Origin: an uncultured Bacteroidota bacterium
GTDB taxonomy: Bacteria; Bacteroidota; Bacteroidia; Chitinophagales; Chitinophagaceae
Direction of reading: 5' to 3'
Assembly (NCBI GenBank): GCA_903958045.1
Contig: CAJBRT010000083.1
Location: 7,353 to 71,352, forward strand
Length of the DNA stretch: 64,000 bases
Under the pieces are notes generated by a model. The model was given only the letters and a program-made list of their open reading frames with translations, searched no databases and was not told where the DNA came from. Every line of letters begins with the position of its first letter. The stretch's first letter is position 1. Positions 1 through 8,032 of the stretch are shown here, in pieces. The translations under genes were made by a program, and so were the position numbers.

Positions 1-27
1 CCCTCAACGTACCCCTAATAAACAATT

Positions 28-1314
28 ATGGCAATAAATCCATCTGTTTCAAATAACAATAGTCTTGGTAGTCCAACCAAAAACTGGCTCTACCCATTTA
101 TTCTTGTAACAAGTTTATTTTTCTTTTGGGGTTTTGTACATAATCTGGACCCTATTTTAATACCGCATTTGCGTAAATCTTTCAGGTTAAATGATTTACA
201 ATCATCACTGATTGATTCATCGGTTTTCATAGCCTACTTTGCAATGGCGCTTCCTGCCGGATATGTGATGCGTAAGTATGGCTACAAATCCGGTATTGTA
301 GGTGGCCTTTTGTTGTTTGCATTAGGTTGCTTTTTATTTTTACCCGCTGCCGATACCCATCAATACATTTATTTTTTGGGCGCACTTTTTATTATTGCGA
401 GTGGATTAACTTTTTTAGAAACGGCGGCGAATCCATATGCAACCATTATTGGTCCTCCAGAAACTGCAACGCGTCGATTAAATTTTGCGCAATCATTTAA
501 TGGACTTGCTGCGATGGTTGCTCCTATTATTGGAGGTCAATTTATTTTGTCTGGAACAGAAATGTCTGATGAAGCATATGCACAACTATCCCCCGAAGCG
601 CTTAATAATTATTTGACCACCGAGGCACAAAGCGTAAAAATGCCCTATCTTATTTTAGGCATTCTTGTATTACTCGTAGCTGTATTATTTATGGTATCCA
701 AACTTCCTGACGTAAAAGAGGGAGATGATAATACGGCTGGTAACAATCCGCTCAAAGCCTTTCGACACAGGCATTTGACATGGGCTGTAGTAGCACAATT
801 CTTTTATGTAGGTGCACAGGTTTGTGTGGGAAGTTTTTTTATTAAAATGGCGAGAACAGGTGCAGGTATGGATGAAAAAACGGCTGCACAATATTTAGGA
901 TGGGGTTATGGTGCTGCATTTATGCTGGGCAGATTTGTAGGCACTTTTTTAATGGGCAAGTTTGCATCTGAAAAATTATTAAGTACCTATGCGCTGATCA
1001 ATATTGTTTTATCTGCGGTAGCTATTTTTGGATCAGGTATAGTTGTTGTCTATGCACTTATAGCCATTGCATTTTTTATGTCTATTATGTTTCCTACCAT
1101 TTTTTCATTGGGCATTAAAGAAGTTGGTGCCGATACAAAAATGGCATCTAGTTTAATTGTGATGTCAATTGTTGGCGGCGCGTTATTGCCTCCTGTGCTC
1201 GGTGTTATTTCTGATGCAACCGGTAGTATTCAAAATGGATATATTGTACCACTTCTTTGTTTTGTGGTGGTGTTTTTATTTGCAACCAAAGGACATAAAG
1301 TAAAATCTGTATAG
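28..1314 (+). CDS. fucP: L-fucose:H+ symporter permease (MFS, FucP family)
   Basis: 428-aa multi-TM ORF. Segments FFFWGFVHNLDPILIPHL and LETAANPY parallel the signature regions of E. coli FucP. It heads a sugar-acid catabolic operon. Confidence 0.85.
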   Translation: MAINPSVSNNNSLGSPTKNWLYPFILVTSLFFFWGFVHNLDPILIPHLRKSFRLNDLQSSLIDSSVFIAYFAMALPAGYVMRKYGYKSGIVGGLLLFALGCFLFLPAADTHQYIYFLGALFIIASGLTFLETAANPYATIIGPPETATRRLNFAQSFNGLAAMVAPIIGGQFILSGTEMSDEAYAQLSPEALNNYLTTEAQSVKMPYLILGILVLLVAVLFMVSKLPDVKEGDDNTAGNNPLKAFRHRHLTWAVVAQFFYVGAQVCVGSFFIKMARTGAGMDEKTAAQYLGWGYGAAFMLGRFVGTFLMGKFASEKLLSTYALINIVLSAVAIFGSGIVVVYALIAIAFFMSIMFPTIFSLGIKEVGADTKMASSLIVMSIVGGALLPPVLGVISDATGSIQNGYIVPLLCFVVVFLFATKGHKVKSV

Positions 1315-1319
1315 TACCC

Positions 1320-2975
1320 ATGACTACTGTGCCACCAAAAAGATTCGTGATAGAGATGCACCCCAAAGACAATGTGTTGGTGGCGCTAACCCATTTAGCC
1401 GCCGGACAGGTTGTGGAATATCGTGAACAGCAGTATACTATTTTGGAGCCTATTCAATGCAAGCATAAATTTTATACCACAAATTTACCAAAAGGCGCTT
1501 CTGTATTCATGTACGGCGTGTTAGTGGGTACAACCCAACAAGACGTTGCTAAGGGAAGCCTTGTTTCAACGGCTAATTTACAACATGCGGCAGAGCCTTA
1601 TGCAATCCGTGAAACAAATTTTTCATGGGAAAAGCCGGATGTGTCAGGGTTTGCCAATAAAACTTTTAATGGTTTTGTAAGATCAAACGGTCAAGTGGGA
1701 ACAGCCAATTATTGGTTATTTATTCCTACCGTATTTTGTGAGAACAGAAATTTAGACGTCATTAAAGAGGCGTTGCATCACAAACTAGGTTATGCAGTGA
1801 GTGATAAATATAGCAAGTATACACAGTCGCTGTTGGAAGCGTATGAAAAAGGAGAATCAGTTTCAAATATTAATTTTTCGCCTAGTAATACACCTCAACA
1901 AAACAGGGTATTTAAAAATATAGATGGCATTAAATTTTTAAACCATAATGGAGGTTGTGGTGGAACAAGAGCGGATGCAGCCACATTAAGCGCATTACTT
2001 GCTTCCTATGCAAATCATCCAAACGTAGGCGGGATAACGGTTTTAAGCCTTGGTTGTCAACATTTACAGGTAGAAGATTTTAAAAACGATATTCAAAGAC
2101 TAGCGCCGAATTTTGACAAACCGCTTTATGTTTTCGAACAACAACAATCTGAAAGCGAAGAAGTGTTGATTGCTTCTGCTATTAGAAAAACATTTGAAGG
2201 TCTTATAGAGATTAATAAATTAGAAAGAACGCCTGCTCCATTAAGTGCACTTACACTGGGTGTTAAATGCGGTGGAAGCGATGGGTTTAGTGGGGTATCT
2301 GCAAACCCAGCTGTTGGCTATGCATCAGATTTAGTAGTGGCGCTTGGTGGAAAAGTATTGTTGGCAGAGTTTCCAGAATTATGCGGTGCAGAACAGGATT
2401 TAATTGACAGGTGTGAAAGCGCCTCTTCTGCCAGTAAATTTATAGACCTCATGCGCAGTTATGATGCACTAGCGCATAAAGTGGGTTCCGGATTTCATAT
2501 GAATCCTTCTCCAGGAAATATTAAGGATGGACTCATTACCGACGCCATCAAAAGTGCAGGGGCGGCAAAAAAGGGAGGCACTTCTCCTGTTGTAGATGTA
2601 TTAGATTACACAGAGCCTGCTACTAAGGCCGGACTTAGCCTTGTATGTACGCCAGGCAATGACGTAGAAGCGACCACAGGTAAGGCTGCAGCAGGTGCTA
2701 CCCTTATATTATTTACTACTGGACTTGGCACACCAACGGGTAACCCGGTTTGTCCAGTGATTAAAGTGGCCACCAATTCATCACTAGCAAAACGAATGAA
2801 GGACATCATTGACATTGATTGCGGACCTATTATTAGTGGTGAAAAAACCATTGAACAAATGGGTGTTGAAATTTTAGAATATTGCATCAAGGCTGCTAGT
2901 GGAGAAGTTACTCCAAAAGCGGTGCTGTTAAATCAAGATGATTTTATACCGTGGAAGCGCGGTGTTTCTTTATAA
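1320..2975 (+). CDS. UxaA/altronate-dehydratase-family sugar-acid dehydratase (probably L-fuconate/D-arabinonate type)
   Basis: 551 aa. N-terminal SAF-like segment (VIEMHPKDNVLVAL..AAGQVV) followed by the large UxaA/GarD-type domain (HNGGCGG, GVKCGGSDGFSG). Starts 5 nt after fucP. Confidence 0.75.
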   Translation: MTTVPPKRFVIEMHPKDNVLVALTHLAAGQVVEYREQQYTILEPIQCKHKFYTTNLPKGASVFMYGVLVGTTQQDVAKGSLVSTANLQHAAEPYAIRETNFSWEKPDVSGFANKTFNGFVRSNGQVGTANYWLFIPTVFCENRNLDVIKEALHHKLGYAVSDKYSKYTQSLLEAYEKGESVSNINFSPSNTPQQNRVFKNIDGIKFLNHNGGCGGTRADAATLSALLASYANHPNVGGITVLSLGCQHLQVEDFKNDIQRLAPNFDKPLYVFEQQQSESEEVLIASAIRKTFEGLIEINKLERTPAPLSALTLGVKCGGSDGFSGVSANPAVGYASDLVVALGGKVLLAEFPELCGAEQDLIDRCESASSASKFIDLMRSYDALAHKVGSGFHMNPSPGNIKDGLITDAIKSAGAAKKGGTSPVVDVLDYTEPATKAGLSLVCTPGNDVEATTGKAAAGATLILFTTGLGTPTGNPVCPVIKVATNSSLAKRMKDIIDIDCGPIISGEKTIEQMGVEILEYCIKAASGEVTPKAVLLNQDDFIPWKRGVSL

Positions 2976-2984
2976 TTATTTTTT

Positions 2985-3749
2985 ATGTTTTCATTAGTAA
3001 ATAAAAAAGCAGTTATCACCGGTGGTGGTAGTGGCATTGGAAAAGCAATAGCCGTAACATTTGCAGCACAAGGTGCGGCAGTGCATGTGTTAGAACTAAC
3101 TACGGAGGCGGGTGCAGATACAGCTGCTACTATTAAAGCAGCGGGTGGACAGGTAACGGTACACGCTTGTAATGTGGCTAGTAAAGAAGAAGTGGCCGCT
3201 GTTTTTGCAAGTATTGGTCAACTAGATATTTTGGTAAACAATGCGGGCGTTGCACATATTGGTAAAGCCGATACAACACCTGAAGCTGATTTTGACAGGG
3301 TGATGTCTATCAATGTAAAAGGGGTGTATCAGTGCATAGCTGCTGCTATACCAGGCTTTCGTGCCAACGGTAGAGGTGTTATCATTAACATGGCTTCCAT
3401 TGCTGCTTGGGTAGGACTAGCAGATCGTTTTGTATATTCTACTGCAAAAGGTGCTGTTATGGCCATGACACTTTCTGTTGCCAAAGATTATATGCACGAA
3501 AATATTAGGTGTAATTCTATTTCTCCAGCGCGTGTGCACACACCGTTTGTGGATGGATTTATTGCAAAAAATTATCCGGGTAAAGAAAAAGAAATGTTTG
3601 AAAAATTATCTGCCTCACAACCCATTGGTAGAATGGCAGAACCTAACGAAGTAGCAGCGCTCGCACTTTATTTAGCTAGCGATGAAGCTTCATTTATTAC
3701 CGGTTGTGATTATCCAATAGATGGCGGATTTATAAAACTTAATAATTAG
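2985..3749 (+). CDS. SDR-family oxidoreductase (candidate 2-keto-3-deoxy-L-fuconate or L-fucose dehydrogenase)
   Basis: 254 aa with TGGGSGIGKA Rossmann motif, NNAG, and catalytic YSTAK (YxxxK). Confidence 0.8.
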   Translation: MFSLVNKKAVITGGGSGIGKAIAVTFAAQGAAVHVLELTTEAGADTAATIKAAGGQVTVHACNVASKEEVAAVFASIGQLDILVNNAGVAHIGKADTTPEADFDRVMSINVKGVYQCIAAAIPGFRANGRGVIINMASIAAWVGLADRFVYSTAKGAVMAMTLSVAKDYMHENIRCNSISPARVHTPFVDGFIAKNYPGKEKEMFEKLSASQPIGRMAEPNEVAALALYLASDEASFITGCDYPIDGGFIKLNN

Positions 3750-3767
3750 CATCAAAAATAACAATCA

Positions 3768-4625
3768 ATGAAATTAATTCGATTTGGAAATGAAGGACAT
3801 GAAAAACCGGGTATCATTGTAAATGACACATGGTATGATGTATCGGGTGTGGTAACAGATTACAACGAAGCGTTTTTTACAAACAACGATATCAAAAAAT
3901 TACAAGATGCGGTGGCTGCGGGTACATCGTTTCCTGTTGTAGAACCTTCTACCAGACTGGGTTCTGTGGTAGCGAGGCCTTCAAAAATTATTTGTATTGG
4001 CCTTAACTATGTAGACCACTGTCTCGAAACCAATGCTCCTATTCCAACCGAACCTGTTTTGTTTTTTAAATCTACTACTGCATTGTGTGGTCCAAACGAC
4101 GATGTTATAATTCCAAAAAATAGCGTGAAAACAGATTGGGAAGTAGAACTAGCTTTTGTGATTGGTAAAAAAGCTTCTTATGTAGAAGAAGCAGATGCAC
4201 TCGATTATGTTGCAGGGTATTGCCTTCACAATGATTATAGCGAAAGAGAATTTCAATTAGAAAGAGGTGGTCAGTGGGCTAAAGGAAAAGGTTGTGACAC
4301 ATTTGCACCACTCGGACCCTTTTTAGCAACACCTGATGAAATCGCAGACGTGAACAATTTAAAAATGTGGTTAACCGTAAACGGTAAAACCTATCAAAAT
4401 AGCAATACGTTAAACCTAGTATTTAAAATTCCTTTTTTGGTGCATTACTTAAGCCAGTTTATGACCCTCTTACCGGGTGATGTAATTAGCACAGGAACCC
4501 CTCCTGGCGTAGGTTTGGGCATTAAGCCAGAACCGGTGTATGTAAAGCCGGGCGATGTTATAGAATTAGGTATCGAAGGATTAGGCAGTAGTAAGCAATC
4601 AGCGGTTGCGTATACAAAAAAATAA
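3768..4625 (+). CDS. Fumarylacetoacetate hydrolase (FAH) family protein (candidate 2,4-diketo-3-deoxy-L-fuconate hydrolase)
   Basis: 285 aa. FAH-fold motifs ICIGLNYVDH, EVELAFVIGK and GDVISTGTPPGVG, in the operon context of the non-phosphorylative fucose route. Confidence 0.8.
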   Translation: MKLIRFGNEGHEKPGIIVNDTWYDVSGVVTDYNEAFFTNNDIKKLQDAVAAGTSFPVVEPSTRLGSVVARPSKIICIGLNYVDHCLETNAPIPTEPVLFFKSTTALCGPNDDVIIPKNSVKTDWEVELAFVIGKKASYVEEADALDYVAGYCLHNDYSEREFQLERGGQWAKGKGCDTFAPLGPFLATPDEIADVNNLKMWLTVNGKTYQNSNTLNLVFKIPFLVHYLSQFMTLLPGDVISTGTPPGVGLGIKPEPVYVKPGDVIELGIEGLGSSKQSAVAYTKK

Positions 4626-4629
4626 AAAC

Positions 4630-4968
4630 ATGGCAGCACAACAATACTTTTTAGCACTCGATTTAAAAGAGGATCCGGCACTCATAGCGGAGTATAAAGC
4701 GTACCATCAAAATGTGTGGCCAGAAATTATTGAAAGCATAAAAAGTTCGGGCATTACCTGTCTCGATATTTATTGTGTATCTAACCGTTTATTTATGGTG
4801 TTAGAAGCAAACGAAAATTTTTCTTTTGCAGCCAAGTCTGCAGCGGATGCTGCAAATGAAGTGGTTCAAAAATGGGAAACACTCATGTGGAACTATCAAC
4901 AAGCCATGCCAGGATCTAAGCCCGGAGAAAAATGGGTGTTATTAGAAAAAATATTTACACTTCCTTAA
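4630..4968 (+). CDS. L-rhamnose mutarotase-like (RhaM/DUF718 family) 6-deoxyhexose mutarotase
   Basis: About 112 aa from ATG 4630 (the ORF track starts at 4606 and overlaps the FAH gene). YHQNVWPEI and the overall ferredoxin-like length resemble E. coli RhaM (RHNPIWPEL). Confidence 0.7.
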   Translation: MAAQQYFLALDLKEDPALIAEYKAYHQNVWPEIIESIKSSGITCLDIYCVSNRLFMVLEANENFSFAAKSAADAANEVVQKWETLMWNYQQAMPGSKPGEKWVLLEKIFTLP

Positions 4969-4977
4969 TAAAATAAT

Positions 4978-5760
4978 ATGGAACTAGGACTTTCAAATAA
5001 AGTGATTGTTGTGTCGGGTGGTGCCAAAGGAATCGGTTATGGTATTGCAAAAGTACTTGCGAGAGAAGGTGCAACAGTTTGTATTATTGGTCGCAGCGCT
5101 AGTGATAATCAAGCAGCTGTCGATGCCCTCATAGCAGCTGGTGGCAAGGCGTTTGGTATAGAAGCTGAATTAACAGATCCAAATGCTTGTAAACAGGCCA
5201 TAGATACCGTACTTGCAACCTATGGTACTATTGATGGACTTGTAAACAATGCCGGTGTTAACGATGGCGTGGGATTAGAAAACGGAAGCTATGAAGGTTT
5301 TATCGCGTCGCTTCATAAAAATTTAGTACACTATTATTTATTAGCACACCATGCACTACCCGCTTTAAAAAAATCAAAAGGAGCGATCGTAAATATTGGT
5401 TCAAAAACTGCCGAAACGGGTCAGGGAAATACATCTGCGTATGCAGCATCTAATGGCGGTAGAAATGCGCTAACAAGAGAGTGGGCTGTAGAATTATTAA
5501 AATATGGTATTCGCGTAAACGCAGTTATTGTAGCCGAATGTTTTACGCCACTGTATGAAAGCTGGATACAAACCTTTGATGATCCTACCGAAAAATTAGC
5601 AAGCATCACCGCAAAAATTCCATTAGAAAACCGAATGACCACCGATATAGAAATTGCAAATATGGTTGCGGTATTACTTTCTGAAGTTTCAAGTCATACC
5701 ACTGGACAACTAATACACGTAGATGGTGGATACACACATTTAGACAGAGCACTTTTATAG
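4978..5760 (+). CDS. SDR-family oxidoreductase with atypical YxxxN active-site motif
   Basis: 260 aa with VSGGAKGIGYG and NNAG motifs. The catalytic motif reads YAASN (Asn codon AAT at 5452-5454) where Lys is expected. Confidence 0.75.
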   Translation: MELGLSNKVIVVSGGAKGIGYGIAKVLAREGATVCIIGRSASDNQAAVDALIAAGGKAFGIEAELTDPNACKQAIDTVLATYGTIDGLVNNAGVNDGVGLENGSYEGFIASLHKNLVHYYLLAHHALPALKKSKGAIVNIGSKTAETGQGNTSAYAASNGGRNALTREWAVELLKYGIRVNAVIVAECFTPLYESWIQTFDDPTEKLASITAKIPLENRMTTDIEIANMVAVLLSEVSSHTTGQLIHVDGGYTHLDRALL

Positions 5761-5792
5761 ACATATTATTTTGGATACCTAAATTTCTCCGA

Positions 5793-7946
5793 ATGAATTT
5801 TAAAAAAATCGTTTTTGTTGGTTGCCTTTTTACACTGCAGCTAACTGTAGTTGTGCGCGCACAAGATTGGTTAATTGACGCTTCATCCTACAAAGCAGCT
5901 ATCACGCAAAAGGGCACTGTCATTGAACTTAACAATGGTCTCGTACGAAGAAGGTTTACCATTGGCGCCAATTTTGCCTGTACCGATTATACCAATCTAG
6001 CCAACCAACAACAATTGTTACGTGCTATTAAACCGGAAGCTCGCATTGTATTAGATGGAGCGTTGTATAATGTGGGTGGACTGGTAGGTCAAAAAGAAAA
6101 CGGCTATATTTTACCGGGCCTCGCCGATACTTTAAAAGCCGGTGCAAACGATTTCAAATATGTTTCTCATAAAATAACACCACTTGAACCATTTTTAAAA
6201 TGGAAAAATAAAAGTTGGGCACACCACACAGCAGCGCCAACAGGTAAAGAATTAATTGTTAGTTACGCGCACCCATCTCAAAAACTAAATGGCGTTACCA
6301 TAGAAGTGCATTATGAACTCTATGATCATTTGCCCCTCATTGTAAAATGGGTTTCTATATTAAATTCATCTACAACGCCACACGCACTTGACAGGGTGGT
6401 TAATGAAGTATTAGGGCTTGTTGAAGAAGAAAGTGCGGTAGTAGGATCTCCGGAAGAAATGAAAAAGCAGCATGGTATTTATGTCGAAACAAATTATGCT
6501 TTTAACAATGCGATGCGTTATGATATCAGTGATCAAACTACACACTGGAAAACAGATTCGGTATATACTTCGCAAGTAAATTATAATTACCAAACGCCTT
6601 GCCTTTTAGAAATATATCCTGAAAAGGCTCCTGGTATTGACTTACAGCCTAATGAACTATTTAAATCGGTGCGTACACACGAGCTACTCATGGATAGCTA
6701 TGATAGACAGCGTAGAGGCCTTATGATTCGAAAAATGTACACAGCTGTTGCACCTTGGACTGCACAGAATCCTATTTTTATGCACCTCGTTAGTAAAAAT
6801 GACGAAGAAGTAAAAACTGCGATTGATCAGTGCGTGGCTACTGGATACGAAGCCGTCATTTTAAGTTTTGGTAGTCACTTAAATATGGAAGACACCACAC
6901 AAAAAAATATACAACGCTGGAAAGAGCTAACTGATTATGCGCATGCACGTGGTATTATGTTAGGTGGTTATTCACTTTTTAGTAGTAGACGTATTTCAGA
7001 TGCTGATGATGTAGTAGATATTAAAACAGGAAAACCGGGCGGCGCATTTTTTGGAAACGCACCATGCTTTGGAAGCAAGTGGGGACTTGCGTACAGAGAA
7101 AAAATAAAAAACTTTTTTGACAAAACTGGATTTGACATTTGGGAAAATGATGGTCCTTATCCGGGTGACGTTTGTGCTTCTACCACACATCCAGGACACA
7201 AAGGTTTTAATGATTCGCAGTGGCGTCAAATGGAAATTCAAAAAGAATTGTACCACTGGTTAAATGAAAGAGGTGTGTATATCAATGCACCGGATTGGTA
7301 TTTTTTAGATGGCACGCATAAAATTGCCATTGGCTACCGCGAAGTCAATTTTTCATTACCACGCGAGCAACAACGCATTTTAAATAGACAAAATATTCAT
7401 GATGGTACCATCGAAAAAACAGGGTCTATGAGTTGGGGCTTTGTGCCATTAACCAATTACCAAGGTACTGATCCAAGAGCAGTGCTAGAGCCACTTTCGG
7501 AGCATTTAGCCGATTATGAACAACTCATGATTCAGTATTATGGCGCGGGTGTTCAGGCTTGTTACAGAGGTCCCCGTCTATACGACACAGAAACCACTAG
7601 ACAAATGGTTGCGCGTACCATTAACTGGTATAAGAAATACCGCTCTATACTCAACGCCGATATGATTCAGCTCCGTAGGGCCGATGGTAGAGATTGGGAT
7701 GGACTCATTCACGTAGATCCTAGTTCAAAACAAAAAGCGCTGGGCATGCTTTATAATCCAACCAAAGAAAAAATTACCAGAACCATACCAGTACCGCTTT
7801 ATTACACAGGCTTGACTAATACGGCAACCCTGGCAATCAAAGACGACATGACAACTGCAAAAAAATACACATTGAATAGAAATCACGAGCTTATGCTTAC
7901 TGTTACGATAGAGCCAGAAAGTTATACCTGGTTCACCATTCAATAA
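5793..7946 (+). CDS. Secreted hypothetical protein, putative glycoside hydrolase with GH36/GH27-like (beta/alpha)8 core
   Basis: 717 aa with a signal peptide ending VVVRAQ. The central region (GYEAVILSFGSHL..ARGIMLGGYSL..WENDGPYPGD) is flanked by beta-rich N- and C-terminal domains. Family assignment is uncertain. Confidence 0.4.
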   Translation: MNFKKIVFVGCLFTLQLTVVVRAQDWLIDASSYKAAITQKGTVIELNNGLVRRRFTIGANFACTDYTNLANQQQLLRAIKPEARIVLDGALYNVGGLVGQKENGYILPGLADTLKAGANDFKYVSHKITPLEPFLKWKNKSWAHHTAAPTGKELIVSYAHPSQKLNGVTIEVHYELYDHLPLIVKWVSILNSSTTPHALDRVVNEVLGLVEEESAVVGSPEEMKKQHGIYVETNYAFNNAMRYDISDQTTHWKTDSVYTSQVNYNYQTPCLLEIYPEKAPGIDLQPNELFKSVRTHELLMDSYDRQRRGLMIRKMYTAVAPWTAQNPIFMHLVSKNDEEVKTAIDQCVATGYEAVILSFGSHLNMEDTTQKNIQRWKELTDYAHARGIMLGGYSLFSSRRISDADDVVDIKTGKPGGAFFGNAPCFGSKWGLAYREKIKNFFDKTGFDIWENDGPYPGDVCASTTHPGHKGFNDSQWRQMEIQKELYHWLNERGVYINAPDWYFLDGTHKIAIGYREVNFSLPREQQRILNRQNIHDGTIEKTGSMSWGFVPLTNYQGTDPRAVLEPLSEHLADYEQLMIQYYGAGVQACYRGPRLYDTETTRQMVARTINWYKKYRSILNADMIQLRRADGRDWDGLIHVDPSSKQKALGMLYNPTKEKITRTIPVPLYYTGLTNTATLAIKDDMTTAKKYTLNRNHELMLTVTIEPESYTWFTIQ

Positions 7947-8032
7947 TTCATCTATTTTATGTAACCATTCAGCTAACTTTTTTGGAAATTGACCAATTAT
8001 TTAGGAAATTACCCGTTACAAAATCACCATTT

